A stretch of DNA of 64,000 bases from Acetatifactor sp. (GCA_022511425.1 JAFLRO010000005.1:3326-67325); one strand, 5' to 3'. Positions 1 to 11,024 are shown, counted from the first letter of the stretch. Notes: generated by a model not told the origin, from the letters alone. A program made the numbers and translations.

Positions 1-1165
1 AAGCTGAATTCAAAGCTGAACGTTCAGCTTTGGAATCAAGCTTTGAAATGGACTGATCTACTATTTTGACTGCGGACAATTTTAGCATAATATCTTCTGA
101 ATGTACAATGTACTCAGGCTTTGACGTACCATATTCATCACAAACATCAACAATTTTTTGAATCCCTCGCCCCCAGCTTTCAATGTAACCAGCCCTGAAA
201 AATGCTCTTGCAATTTTGGGATTATATGGTCTGGATTGGTGCCGCTGTAACAAAGAATCTGCTGTCCAGTCAGATGGGAAGGTACACTCATTACTGATAT
301 ACATCGCATCATCTTCAATCCGGATTTGAATCGGAATTCCAGCACTCCATCGAGAATGCACAAGCGCATTATAGAGGGCTTCACGAACCGCGTCTTTTGG
401 GAACGGGTATGTTTCAACTCTGGTCATATTTTCGTAAGTAATGGGTGCCGTCAAATATTTCAGATATATCAGTTCAATTACACGTTCTGCCTGCATAAAC
501 AATGAGCCAATAACTTCATCCTGATACTGTAAATCAGAGCCTTTTCCGAATTTCCCAATTTTTGTATAGGTTCCGAACATCCATTTTTGTGGCATCCTAT
601 GAAAAAGCAACACAGCAGCTCTGGTAAGTTTTCCATCCTTCAGCAAACCTAAGCTATCCAACAACTCTGCATTGCTCATATCTAAATCAACCTTTGTCAT
701 GCGTTTACTATGTATCGCTTCCCTTCGGAAAATGTCAAAGCTCTCCTTATCTAAATCCTCTACTGACACATCTTCAATAATGGAATCTTCCCAGCGAATA
801 CCTGTTTTTGAAGAAATAAACTCGGTCAATGCTGTACCACGCAACACTTGTCTTGTACTGCCACTGCGAAAATGATATTCCCCCTTATAACTAACTGGGT
901 AACTGCTGGGGCTTACAACAATCTCAATATATTCTGATCCATCCTTTGAAAGCAGATTCACATCTGCAAAGAACCCTAGATTTGTTTGAATCTTGTTTGG
1001 TATCTCCTCTAAAAGCTTTTTCCCATTCTTTATGCCAATGACCTTTCCTGTATCATCTATACCAATATAAATTTTACCACCCTGAGCATTGGCAAAACCA
1101 CAAATCCATTTTAAATATTCATCTCTCCAAGATTCTTTCCATTCAATATTTTGATTTTCCAGCAT
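1..1165 (-). CDS. AlbA_2 (Schlafen-like) DNA-binding / HATPase_c_4-type putative transcriptional regulator; 3' end lies beyond the window (family often auto-annotated as RecG-like helicase)
   Basis: Absent from ORF track because there is no stop in the window. My own minus-strand translation from ATG 1165-1163 gives MLENQNIEWKESWRDEYLKWICGFANAQGGKIYIGIDDTGKVIGI...REALYNALVHSRW...YNPKIARAFFRAGYIESWGRGIQKIVDVC. The frame stays open for 388 codons to position 2. Motifs are typical of the AlbA_2 N-domain and HATPase_c_4 C-domain. Confidence 0.75.
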   Translation of the reverse strand, partial: MLENQNIEWKESWRDEYLKWICGFANAQGGKIYIGIDDTGKVIGIKNGKKLLEEIPNKIQTNLGFFADVNLLSKDGSEYIEIVVSPSSYPVSYKGEYHFRSGSTRQVLRGTALTEFISSKTGIRWEDSIIEDVSVEDLDKESFDIFRREAIHSKRMTKVDLDMSNAELLDSLGLLKDGKLTRAAVLLFHRMPQKWMFGTYTKIGKFGKGSDLQYQDEVIGSLFMQAERVIELIYLKYLTAPITYENMTRVETYPFPKDAVREALYNALVHSRWSAGIPIQIRIEDDAMYISNECTFPSDWTADSLLQRHQSRPYNPKIARAFFRAGYIESWGRGIQKIVDVCDEYGTSKPEYIVHSEDIMLKLSAVKIVDQSISKLDSKAERSALNSA

Positions 1166-1247
1166 AAACCCACCTCCCAATGTCTGAACTTAATTCTATC
1201 GTATATATGTGAATTTATCAATCTATAACTTTGCATCTCGATACAAA

Positions 1248-1287
1248 ACGGACAATTCTGTATGTATTCCAGTTCAGAATTGTCCGT
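1248..1287 (-). terminator. Intrinsic terminator-like hairpin downstream of the 42-aa HTH ORF
   Basis: Perfect 13-bp inverted repeat ACGGACAATTCTG / CAGAATTGTCCGT with a 14-nt loop. On the minus strand it is followed by TTTTGTAT. Confidence 0.6.
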
Positions 1288-1349
1288 AAAATTAACTATT
1301 AGAACAGACAATATATAAGCGTGGTGTTGTCATATTTTATAGCATATCT

Positions 1350-1478
1350 TTAGCTATAGGAACCTCCGTTCTCCCATTTACTGATCGCCTGATAGGAAAT
1401 ATTGAGATAGGCTGCAAGCTTTTCCTGGGTAATGTCCTGCTTCTTTCTTAGTTCGTTGATTTTATCGCCTATTTTCAT
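1350..1478 (-). CDS. Truncated XRE/Cro-C1-type helix-turn-helix protein (42 aa), possibly a gene remnant
   Basis: Too short for the ORF track. ATG 1478 is preceded by GGAAGGAAA plus 8 nt. Translation is MKIGDKINELRKKQDITQEKLAAYLNISYQAISKWENGGSYS*. It ends right after the recognition helix, whereas normal HTH_3 domains run 55-65 aa. Confidence 0.55.
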   Translation of the reverse strand: MKIGDKINELRKKQDITQEKLAAYLNISYQAISKWENGGSYS

Positions 1479-1659
1479 TATTGAATTTTCCTTCCTTCTT
1501 TTTTCAGATGCATCTGTATTTTCATTTTATCAGGCTGATACAGAAATTGGTATCACAGAATCATTTAGGTCTATGCAACCGCAGGTTGAGTTACGAACAA
1601 AAGGCGACACAGTCCTCTACAGGGCTGCACCGCCTTTTGCCATAGTTTTCGATTTCAAA

Positions 1660-1899
1660 TTAAGACACCATCTCATCCCGATTGTCCAGATACTGCTGCA
1701 ATATATTAGCAACTTCCTCAGGGCTTAACCCGTTCTCCTCAATTATGTCTGTGACAACCTCCAGTTCCTTGCGTTTCTTCTCCTGATAGAGTTCTTCCAA
1801 TTCCCGCTTCTCCGATTCTACCCGGGTCAGCAGCGCCTCTATCAGTTCCTGTTTTGCAGTGATCTTCTCGTCAATGGTCTTGCGCTGTCCTCTTGCCAT
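1660..1899 (-). CDS. Small charged coiled-coil protein, function unknown (79 aa)
   Basis: ORF track gives 1660..1938. AAGGAGA plus 6 nt before ATG favours Met14 (MARGQRKTIDEKITAKQELIEAL...). The sequence is heptad-rich. A hairpin AAAGGCG/CGCCTTT (1600-1637) with a T-run lies downstream on the minus strand. Confidence 0.55.
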   Translation of the reverse strand: MARGQRKTIDEKITAKQELIEALLTRVESEKRELEELYQEKKRKELEVVTDIIEENGLSPEEVANILQQYLDNRDEMVS

Positions 1900-2028
1900 A
1901 TGCATTCTCCTTTCGCCGGATTTAACGGCTGCTATCATTGTACAACCGAATATCCTTCTGTAAAGTATATGGACAAGGCTGGAAAATATGCATAAAATTG
2001 GAAAAAAATCAAGCTGGAAATATAATAT

Positions 2029-2961
2029 CTAAATCCAGATTGCCCCTGACATCTCATCCAAATCATAGGGAGTAATCTGGTATACATAGTAATTCAGAAA
2101 ATTGCTGTAGAGATTGTTGCTGTGGGAGCGCCACTGCAACAGGGGCTTCTGCTCCGGGTCGTCGCCGGGGAAATAGTTATAGGGCACCTGAATGGGCAGA
2201 CCTTTTCCCAAGTCGCGCAGGTACTCATTCCTCAGAGTGTACCTGTCATACTCGGGATGTCCTGTCACAAAGATTTTTTTCCCTTCCTCCGCCATGGCAA
2301 GGAATACTCCGGCCACCGGCGACTCCGCCAGCACAGTCAGCTCCTTACAGGCGTGAATGGCCTCCGCCGGCGTCTCCGTGTGACGGCTGTGGGGTGCCAG
2401 GAACACATCGTCAAAACCTCTCACCAACGGTATTTTGCGGTTTGCCACCTTGTGTTCATAGATGCCGAACAGCTTCTGAGGCAGCGCTTTCTTATTGATT
2501 CCATAATAGTGATACATCCCAGCCTGAGCAGCCCAGCAAATATGCAGCGTGGAGGTCACGTGAGTCTCCGCCCAGTCCAGAATCTCGCAGAATTCCTCCC
2601 AATAGTCCACTTCCTCGAAAGGAATGTCCTCCACCGGCGCTCCAGTGACGATCATACCGTCGAACCGTTTGTCACGGATCTCATCCAGAGTAGTATAAAA
2701 CTTGTTCAAATGGCTGGCAGATGTATTCAGTGATATATGACTTTTAACATTCATAAAGGTCACTTCCACCTGCAAAGGCGTATTGGATAGCGCCCGCAGC
2801 AGTTGAAGTTCCGTATCCTGCTTGATGGGCATATTGTTCAGGATCAGCACCTGAAGGGGTCGGATATCCTGATGAGCTGCCCGGAACTCATCCATCATAA
2901 ATATATTTTCTTTTTCCAGAATTTCTTTGGCAGGCAGATCACTTTGTGTTTTAATAGGCAT
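2029..2961 (-). CDS. metA: Homoserine O-acyltransferase (MetA family)
   Basis: ORF 2029..3036. The canonical start [11 protein letters not shown] is at Met26 (ATG 2961). MetA-like blocks are present: [28 protein letters not shown]. Confidence 0.9.
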   Translation of the reverse strand: MPIKTQSDLPAKEILEKENIFMMDEFRAAHQDIRPLQVLILNNMPIKQDTELQLLRALSNTPLQVEVTFMNVKSHISLNTSASHLNKFYTTLDEIRDKRFDGMIVTGAPVEDIPFEEVDYWEEFCEILDWAETHVTSTLHICWAAQAGMYHYYGINKKALPQKLFGIYEHKVANRKIPLVRGFDDVFLAPHSRHTETPAEAIHACKELTVLAESPVAGVFLAMAEEGKKIFVTGHPEYDRYTLRNEYLRDLGKGLPIQVPYNYFPGDDPEQKPLLQWRSHSNNLYSNFLNYYVYQITPYDLDEMSGAIWI

Positions 2962-3032
2962 AACAGTTAACTCTCCACTTTCTATTTTACAGTTATTACA
3001 TTTTACCCTTACTGACTGGCATACCCTGGCTT

Positions 3033-5000
3033 TCATACATGAATATTATACCTTTCCAGAAATTCATCTTCCGATAGTATAGGCACTCCCAATTCTTTAG
3101 CTTTCTTGTTCTTGGAGGAAGAAGAATTGATGTCATTATTTATGAGACCGGTGGTCTTGTTCGTGACACTTCCCGTCACCTTACCGCCCCGTTGTTCAAT
3201 CAAATCCTTCAAGTCATTTCGGCTGGCAAATCGGTTCAGGCTTCCAGTAACTACAAAACTCATATCCTTTAGTGTCTGATTACCCTCATCAATTCTAGGA
3301 ATGTCAATGTGCAGTTCCGGAAGTAGATTCTCCAGTTTTTTCACATTTCTCGGATCCCGCATATATTCAACAAAAGCAGTGGCAATTACTTCTCCCACAC
3401 CGTCCACGGCACTCAGTGTCTCCGCATCCGCTTCTCTCATCTTCGTCAAATCATTATCAAAGTAACGGCAAAGCATCTTCGCATTGGCTACACCGATGTT
3501 TGCAATGCCAAGAGCGTAAACCAGCCGGGGCAGTGTTGTCTCACGAGCCTTATCAATGCTGTCCAATAAATTCTGACAAGACTTTTCTCCAAAACCTTCC
3601 ATCTCAGCAATTTGTTCCCGATATTGCTCCAAGTGGAACAGATCCGCGTACTCCTGGATAAAGCCCTTGTCCACCAGTTTCTCCAGGGTTGCCTCAGAAA
3701 GGCCGTCAATGTTCATGGCATCACGGCTCACAAAAAGGGTAAAAGCCTTGATCTGCTTAGCCGGACATTCCTCATTCACACAATAAAGCGTCTGTACATC
3801 ATTGAGCTGCCGAATCTCCGTCTGTCCGCCACAGACCGGACAGACCTTGGGAATCTCAAGTGTATTGCTGCATGTCAGATTCTCCGCTATCTGAGGAATG
3901 ATCATATTCGCCTTATACACTGTAATATGGTCACCGATACCCAGTTTCAGCGCCCGCAGAATGCTGATATTGTGAACGGATGCCCTGCTCACTGTAGTTC
4001 CCTCCAGCTCCACCGGCTCAAAGATTGCCACCGGATTGATCAGGCCTGTCCGGCTGGCACTCCACTCGATTTCCTGCAGAGTGGTTTCCCGCACTTCATC
4101 CGCCCATTTAAAGGCAATAGAATGACGGGGAAATTTAGCGGTCCTGCCCAGCGACTGACCATAAGCAATATCCTCGTAAGTGAGTACCAGACCATCGGAA
4201 GGAATTTCATAACTCTCGATTTTTTTTTCGAAAAGGTCTATAGTTTCCAGAATATTCTCTTCTGTCACCTTGTAATGTTCCACTACCTGAAATCCCTGCT
4301 CTGCCAGGAAATCAAACTGTTCCTGGCGGGAGTTATGAAAATCCATCCCCTCCGCACTCACTAAAGAAAAAGCATAAAACTGTACGTTCCGTTTCGCTGT
4401 AATCTCGTTGTTCAGCTGCCGCACAGAACCACTGCACAAATTCCGTGGATTCTTGTACTTTGCTTCCGCATCCTCAATCTCACCATTGATCTTCTCAAAA
4501 TCGGGGTAACTGATCACAGCCTCTCCCCGCAGCACCAGTTCATCTGAAAAAGAAATGGTCAGGGGCAGGTTCTTAAAGGTCCTTGCATTGTTGGTAATTA
4601 CCTCTCCAATCTCACCATTGCCTCTTGTAACGGCTTTTGCAAGTTTTCCGTCATTATACGTGAGCACTATGGTCAATCCGTCCAGTTTCCAACTCATGAT
4701 TGCAGGATTACCCTGCAACCAGTCCCTCAGCTCTTCTCGGCTTTTCGTTTTGCCCAGCGACAGCATCGGACTCTCATGACGCTCTTTAGGTAATTCTTCA
4801 ACAGCTTCATAACCGATGTTCACAGTAGGACTGTCAGCCATTACCAACCCCGTCTCCTGCTCCAGGAGCTCAAGTTCATCATAGAGAGCATCGTACTCAC
4901 GATTACTCATGATTTCCCTGTCCTCTGCATAATAAGCTTTGGATGCCCGATTCAGGGTCTCCACAAGATATTTAATCCGCTCTATCTTTTCGCTCTGCAT
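3033..5000 (-). CDS. ligA: NAD-dependent DNA ligase
   Basis: 655 aa. It has the adenylation motif MLSLGK, a Cys4 zinc finger CPVCGG...C..EECPAK, an HhH region and a C-terminal BRCT-like tail. Confidence 0.95.
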   Translation of the reverse strand: MQSEKIERIKYLVETLNRASKAYYAEDREIMSNREYDALYDELELLEQETGLVMADSPTVNIGYEAVEELPKERHESPMLSLGKTKSREELRDWLQGNPAIMSWKLDGLTIVLTYNDGKLAKAVTRGNGEIGEVITNNARTFKNLPLTISFSDELVLRGEAVISYPDFEKINGEIEDAEAKYKNPRNLCSGSVRQLNNEITAKRNVQFYAFSLVSAEGMDFHNSRQEQFDFLAEQGFQVVEHYKVTEENILETIDLFEKKIESYEIPSDGLVLTYEDIAYGQSLGRTAKFPRHSIAFKWADEVRETTLQEIEWSASRTGLINPVAIFEPVELEGTTVSRASVHNISILRALKLGIGDHITVYKANMIIPQIAENLTCSNTLEIPKVCPVCGGQTEIRQLNDVQTLYCVNEECPAKQIKAFTLFVSRDAMNIDGLSEATLEKLVDKGFIQEYADLFHLEQYREQIAEMEGFGEKSCQNLLDSIDKARETTLPRLVYALGIANIGVANAKMLCRYFDNDLTKMREADAETLSAVDGVGEVIATAFVEYMRDPRNVKKLENLLPELHIDIPRIDEGNQTLKDMSFVVTGSLNRFASRNDLKDLIEQRGGKVTGSVTNKTTGLINNDINSSSSKNKKAKELGVPILSEDEFLERYNIHV

Positions 5001-5079
5001 CCTACATACCTCTCAAACTTCCAGTCATGTCGTCCAGTGTACTATACTAATCATATTTCACAAAATAGCTTACTTATTC

Positions 5080-5808
5080 TCACACTATTTGCGCTGTTCT
5101 GATTCCACAATCCTGATATAGACGCTCTATATCCACCTCCGACAGTTCAACATACTCCCCCGGCTTCAAGCCACCCAGCGTGATATGCATGATCCTGATA
5201 CGCTTTAGTTCCCGTACCCGATAACCGCAAGCTTCACACATCCGCCGGATCTGCCTGTTTACTCCCTGGGTCAGAATAATACGAAATGTGTATTTTCCCG
5301 TCTTTTCCACGGTACATTCCCTGGTCGTTACATCTAATTCCTTTAAATAAATACCACCTGACATTTTTTCCAATAATTCATTTGTAATTTCTTTATCCAC
5401 CCTTACCAGGTACTCTTTCTCATGCTTATTAGCTCCCCGCATCATAGCCTGTATCAAATCCCCGTCATTGGTAAGCAAAAGCAGCCCTTCGGAATCCCGG
5501 TCAAGGCGTCCTGCGTAGGTGACTCGTATAGGATAACACATGATATCGGAAATCTTCTTTTCAGCATGTGAATCTCTCTCCGTACACGTAATACCTAAAG
5601 GTTTATAGAAAGCCAAAACGACAGTTTTTTCACTCAACTTGACCGGCTTGCCATAAACTGTAACCTGAGCTGTTTCATCGACCTTCTGTCCAGGCTTTGC
5701 CACAATGCCATTTACAAGCACTGCACCCTGCTCAATCAAATGATCCGCATCCCTGCGTGAGCATACACCACTGTGTGCCAGAAACTTATTCAATCGCATC
5801 TGTTCCAT
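5080..5808 (-). CDS. rluF: rRNA pseudouridine synthase, RsuA/RluB/E/F family (RluF-like)
   Basis: N-terminal S4 domain (MRLNKFLAHSGVCSRRDADHLI). Catalytic GRLDRDSEGLLLLTNDG motif. HEKEYLVRVDK and NRQIRRMCE blocks resemble RluF. The start may be Met4 (5799). Confidence 0.8.
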   Translation of the reverse strand: MEQMRLNKFLAHSGVCSRRDADHLIEQGAVLVNGIVAKPGQKVDETAQVTVYGKPVKLSEKTVVLAFYKPLGITCTERDSHAEKKISDIMCYPIRVTYAGRLDRDSEGLLLLTNDGDLIQAMMRGANKHEKEYLVRVDKEITNELLEKMSGGIYLKELDVTTRECTVEKTGKYTFRIILTQGVNRQIRRMCEACGYRVRELKRIRIMHITLGGLKPGEYVELSEVDIERLYQDCGIRTAQIV

Positions 5809-6499
5809 GATACTCTTCCATATCCTCTATCCGCCTTACCTTTGGCACACCGTTTCCCTTTCTGAGGCCTGTTTTTGCCATTTTATCCGCCAGTTCATTA
5901 TAACATATATTTGTATGGGCTGCCACCTTAGTAAAACGTATCTCAATGCTCTTAGCCCACTCCCGCATGGAATTGGCATACTTGTCCGTCAGATCCGTCT
6001 TTGCCCGCCATTCACCGGTGACCCATTTCTCAATCCCCTGATAATCAAAACATATCTCCAGTTTTGAAAAACCGTTCAACCTGGCAAATTGGACAGCATA
6101 CATGGCTCCCAGCATCTCGCCCGTCACATTCCGGTGCTGTAGGGACTGAGCATTGTCACCGTTTCCGTACTCCGTATAGACACGGCCATCCGATAAAATA
6201 AACACACATCCAAAAGCGTATTTTTTTAGAGAATCGTCATAGCTTCCATCCACATAGGCCAGCAACCACCCTTCAGCGGGAAGTTCTGCCGCTTCGGCCT
6301 TGCTCTCTCCAAATTCTTCCAAGGTTTCAAAACACAGGTCAAACTGATCTCCCAAATATGCTTTTGCATCCTCCAATGTAGCAAATCCCTTATACTCTGC
6401 TCCGGAATATCCCTCCACAGAAGCTTTGCAAGCCTGCCAGGAATTAAAAACTCCTGTTATTTTTCCCTTTTTTACTCCATAATATTTTTTGGCCGCCAT
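5786..6499 (-). CDS. rnhA: Ribonuclease HI with N-terminal hybrid-binding (caulimovirus viroplasmin-like) domain
   Basis: N-terminus KKYYGVKKGKITGVFNSWQACKASVEGYSGAEYKGFATLEDAKAYL. RNase H core includes YVDGSY...E...D...AHTN..YNELADKMAK. Confidence 0.85.
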   Translation of the reverse strand: MAAKKYYGVKKGKITGVFNSWQACKASVEGYSGAEYKGFATLEDAKAYLGDQFDLCFETLEEFGESKAEAAELPAEGWLLAYVDGSYDDSLKKYAFGCVFILSDGRVYTEYGNGDNAQSLQHRNVTGEMLGAMYAVQFARLNGFSKLEICFDYQGIEKWVTGEWRAKTDLTDKYANSMREWAKSIEIRFTKVAAHTNICYNELADKMAKTGLRKGNGVPKVRRIEDMEEYHGTDAIE

Positions 6500-6611
6500 T
6501 TTGCCTCCATGCTGTGCCGGTGTTGAATTTCACAACCATCCGTTACCATATGTTTCGTATACACCCTATGCATGATTATAACAATTTTTCCCCTACAATG
6601 CCATAGCTTTT

Positions 6612-6643
6612 TGCAAGAAAAAAGGGAGGTTTCAAGCCTCCCC
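6612..6643 (-). terminator. Intrinsic terminator of the diguanylate cyclase gene
   Basis: Minus strand reads GGGAGG-CTTGAAA-CCTCCC followed by TTTTTT. The stem overlaps the stop codon. Confidence 0.65.
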
Positions 6644-8308
6644 TTTCATTCCTTTCTGATAAAAGGCAAAATCGTTCTTTCCGTTCTTTTTTACCTGGTA
6701 CATGGCGGCATCTGCATAGATGACCAACTCCTCCATATCCTCCGTATCTTTAGGATAAGACGCGATTCCGATACTACCACATATCTTTGTCTTGGTCTTG
6801 TTCAGCACAAAGGGCTTTGTAAATATCTGACGGCATTGATAAGCTGTCTTTTCCACAATCTTGCCCTGGCTGCTCCGCAGAATCATTATAAACTCATCAC
6901 CTGCATACCGATATGGTGTCAGGATTTGCGACTCCATCTCCTTCATCCTCTGTGCTACCTGCTGAAGTGCTTCATCACCTGCCGTGTGACCCATGGAATC
7001 GTTGATGTGTTTAAAATCGTCAATATCCAACATGATAACCGTGCAAGGAACCTTTTCGTCAATCAGTTGCGTCAGATCACTCATAAACTTACTTCTATTA
7101 GAAATACCCGTCAGGAAATCATGCTGTGAAGCAGTTTCTATGGTCTTTCTTGCACTCTCTAACTGATCCAAGAGTTTCCTTCGCCGCAGGTTGTCCACAC
7201 CAAAACCCAAAATAAGCACTACCAGCACTACTAATACAATAATTCCAGGAACCAGCACAGCCTTGTACCGCTGGAAAAAAGAGACACTTTCATTATAAAT
7301 CGTAGCGCCCTCCGGCAACACAGACCGGGATATACCGAATTTATCCATGACCTGTGCATCTACCCAGTACACATTAGGGCTATCCATAACTACTTCCATC
7401 TCAGCAATATCTGCGCCATCAATGATATCCATAGCCATTTGTGCTGCCAGCCTTCCGGACTCATACATGGAAACCACATTCCCGCCCAGCACACCTGTTC
7501 CAATGCCGCCTTCTACCATTCGCAGCACAGGAACTTTCGCCAGACTGGCGAGCAATTCCAATGCCTCCTGATTGGTGTACTGTTTTCCGTTGGCATCCTC
7601 TGCCATCACTACATAGATCAGAATGCTGTCCTGACTCACAGACCGCATAGCTTGACGCAGACGGGAGGTGGGTAGTTCAGAAGCATTAATCTCACTGAAA
7701 ATCAAATTGGGAAACTTATCTTCGTTGCTGTAAAAGCGTTGACGTTCAGCCTCGCCCGTAATTGTATCATCCAGAACAGCTACTACCCTCTTTGCACCGG
7801 GATTAATAGAGAGACCTAGTTCAATATTCTTCTCCACAGAAAGCTTTTCAATAATACCGGTTATGTAAGGATTCTCCGCAGCAAGGGCAGCCAACTCGTC
7901 GTCATTTACTCCTTCGAAGATCAATGGGATGCCGTCAAATAACTCCTCCTGATATTCCATAGCAAACAAAAGTGCCGCATCATCCCCCAATATCACTGCA
8001 TCGTAAGGCTCTACATGCTCCATGCGATACTTCAGGCTATCGTGGAACAACCGCAGAGATTCCTCGTCATTCACACGTTTGGTATCCATGAACTCGTAGT
8101 CCAGAACCACATTGGGACCAATCCCATCACGAAGCCCCTCGATTTGACTCTGAACAGTATCCCAAGCATAGGAATAGGAACTGATAAACAGCACCCGTCC
8201 GGCTGATTCTTCGGCACAAACAGTCTGTCCAACAACTAATAAGCAAACCGGGAGTAAAATAAAACACAAAACTCCCCATATCCATTTGTCCGCTCTCATT
8301 TTTACCAT
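6632..8308 (-). CDS. Sensor diguanylate cyclase: signal/TM, periplasmic ABC-substrate-binding-like domain, TM, GGDEF domain with AGDEF variant
   Basis: 558 aa. N-terminal hydrophobic segment, then an extracytoplasmic region resembling the PF04392-type binding fold, then a second TM (IIVLVVLVVLILGF). The C-terminal GGDEF domain has the active-site motif RYAGDEF. Confidence 0.85.
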   Translation of the reverse strand: MVKMRADKWIWGVLCFILLPVCLLVVGQTVCAEESAGRVLFISSYSYAWDTVQSQIEGLRDGIGPNVVLDYEFMDTKRVNDEESLRLFHDSLKYRMEHVEPYDAVILGDDAALLFAMEYQEELFDGIPLIFEGVNDDELAALAAENPYITGIIEKLSVEKNIELGLSINPGAKRVVAVLDDTITGEAERQRFYSNEDKFPNLIFSEINASELPTSRLRQAMRSVSQDSILIYVVMAEDANGKQYTNQEALELLASLAKVPVLRMVEGGIGTGVLGGNVVSMYESGRLAAQMAMDIIDGADIAEMEVVMDSPNVYWVDAQVMDKFGISRSVLPEGATIYNESVSFFQRYKAVLVPGIIVLVVLVVLILGFGVDNLRRRKLLDQLESARKTIETASQHDFLTGISNRSKFMSDLTQLIDEKVPCTVIMLDIDDFKHINDSMGHTAGDEALQQVAQRMKEMESQILTPYRYAGDEFIMILRSSQGKIVEKTAYQCRQIFTKPFVLNKTKTKICGSIGIASYPKDTEDMEELVIYADAAMYQVKKNGKNDFAFYQKGMKGEA

Positions 8309-8353
8309 ACTTTACATCCTCTAAAGTAAAATATAGCAATATTTTACCACTTT

Positions 8354-8395
8354 TTTGTGCAAATTCAAGATATTTTTTGTTAATTTGTACAAATT
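8354..8395. repeat. Two copies of near-palindromic 12-mer TTTGTRCAAATT (possible operator)
   Basis: TTTGTGCAAATT at 8354-8365 and TTTGTACAAATT at 8384-8395. The second copy lies inside the perfect 14-bp palindrome AATTTGTACAAATT (8382-8395). Confidence 0.55.
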
Positions 8396-8587
8396 GTATA
8401 AATGTTCACAATTTATCCAATATCTACTCCACCTCCAGTTCTCCGTTTCCAGTCCCCATCTGTCGGATTGTCAATCAAGCTTTCACAGTCGTCAAATTTT
8501 GTTTACTCAAAACCCTGTACTATTTTGAACCTTGATAGCATAATCCGCAGAAAATCACAAAATACTAACACTATGGAGGGCAGCATA

Positions 8588-8740
8588 ATGAAAATCACTG
8601 ACAAAAAGAAACCTGTAAGAACGATTCCTAACGGTGTATGGGAAGGCAGTAGACCTGCACAAAATAAAGAAAATCAAAATCCTGCGTCTGAGACCACTGA
8701 TCTTCAAGGAAATGGTTATCCCCAAAAACAAAGCAAATAA
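8588..8740 (+). CDS. Hypothetical small hydrophilic protein (50 aa)
   Basis: GGAGG plus 8 nt before ATG 8588. Translation MKITDKKKPVRTIPNGVWEGSRPAQNKENQNPASETTDLQGNGYPQKQSK. The sequence is low-complexity. The track ORF 8402..8740 has no better start. Confidence 0.35.
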   Translation: MKITDKKKPVRTIPNGVWEGSRPAQNKENQNPASETTDLQGNGYPQKQSK

Positions 8741-8760
8741 TTTCTGCCATATGACCAAAT

Positions 8761-8794
8761 AAGCCCCCCGCAATCGTTGAATTGCGGAGGGCTT
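8761..8794. terminator. Hairpin between convergent small ORF and gdhA
   Basis: AAGCCCCCCGCAAT / ATTGCGGAGGGCTT imperfect inverted repeat. U-runs are weak on both strands. Confidence 0.45.
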
Positions 8795-8810
8795 GATATT
8801 AAAAACTTTA

Positions 8811-10325
<1,515 letters not shown>

Positions 10326-10353
10326 CTATTTCACCGCCCAATCTACCATCTTA

Positions 10354-10785
10354 TCATAGATACTGCTTCAATCTCTCCACATTTTTCTCTTCAAACTCAA
10401 TTAGTTGCTTTGCCAGCGCCACCGGCTTTGGACCCGCATTCTCATTGTGCTTTAGTACTTTCTCCATCTCTAAAATGCCGTTTGTGCTGCTCTTGATCAT
10501 CATCTCTGCAATGTGCCCAGTACTGGTGTTCAGCATGGTATTATAATGGATACCGGTTCGGAGCAATGCGTCCGAAAGTGCGCTGCTTCTGTAATTCTCC
10601 ACTCTCGCATTCAACAGCTGTCTGGATGCCTCGTTATGGAGCTCAGAATATTTCAGCGACTGTCTGGAAATCTGCATGGAAAGAGCATCATCGTTTACTT
10701 TGTCCGCAATAGTATTTATGGCTTTCATGGCCATGTCTGTGTTTCGTTGTATCTCTCTGTATACTGCTGCCTCATGTGATGTCAT
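10354..10785 (-). CDS. Hypothetical all-helical protein (143 aa)
   Basis: ORF with an AGAGGAG SD-like motif just upstream. I recognise no motif. Composition is helix-rich. Confidence 0.5.
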   Translation of the reverse strand: MTSHEAAVYREIQRNTDMAMKAINTIADKVNDDALSMQISRQSLKYSELHNEASRQLLNARVENYRSSALSDALLRTGIHYNTMLNTSTGHIAEMMIKSSTNGILEMEKVLKHNENAGPKPVALAKQLIEFEEKNVERLKQYL

Positions 10786-10833
10786 AGCTCCTCTTTTCTG
10801 CCGTCTGTACGGCTCTGAATTTGTTTTTTAGAA

Positions 10834-11005
10834 CTGAATTATAAACTCTGTCGCCTGAGCGCCGGGCACACCTCGCTGGCGCCGAGCGCCGGGCACACCT
10901 CGCTGGCGCTCGGTGATGCGGCAGTCGCCGCATCACAGAATTCATAATTAAGTTCATTGCCTCGTGCAAGCACGGGCACTGAATTTAATTATGAATTCTG
11001 TCGCC
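10834..11005. repeat. Compound GC-rich structured intergenic repeat (tandem 27-mers, perfect hairpin, 26-nt-arm palindrome)
   Basis: 27-nt unit GAGCGCCGGGCACACCTCGCTGGCGCY at 10857-10883 and 10884-10910. Hairpin GTGATGCGGC-AGTC-GCCGCATCAC at 10913-10936. Palindrome arms 10936-10961 and 10975-11000 match 24/26. Arm-motif copies ending in CTGTCGCC lie at 10834-10855 and 10979-11005. Confidence 0.75.
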
Positions 11006-11024
11006 CGGCTCGTTGCTCGCACAA

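Noticed and set aside
82-417. 111-aa track ORF on the minus strand
   Set aside because: It is an alternative frame of the much longer AlbA_2/HATPase_c_4-type frame (1..1165), which has clear domain motifs. This frame has no recognisable motif and no SD.
1111-1311. 66-aa track ORF overlapping the start of the left-edge gene
   Set aside because: It spans the promoter and terminator hairpin region and is in a different frame from the real start (ATG 1165). No SD is present.
2962-3032. SAM riboswitch or T-box upstream of metA (and T-boxes upstream of the aro genes)
   Set aside because: The spacer is only about 70 nt, and no S-box or T-box conserved sequences (for example GGTGGTACCGCG) were seen.
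4215-4232. Homopolymeric T9/A9 tract inside ligA as a phase-variation site
   Set aside because: It encodes Lys-Lys within an essential gene. The frame is intact and there is no contingency-locus context.
3612-4364. 250-aa antisense ORF inside ligA (similar long antisense ORFs at 2122..2733, 6572..7129, 12812..13381 and 36058..36603)
   Set aside because: These are shadow ORFs opposite well-supported genes. Their composition is low-complexity, they have no SD or motifs, and such frames are expected in genes of about 50% GC.
10857-10910. Possible CRISPR-like array
   Set aside because: There are only two directly abutting 27-nt units, with no spacers and no cas genes anywhere in the window.
10772-10969. 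65-aa ORF with repeated RAPARCARRS peptide
   Set aside because: The peptide repeat is simply the translation of the 27-nt tandem DNA repeat and hairpins. There is no SD, and the ORF overlaps the start of the neighbouring gene.
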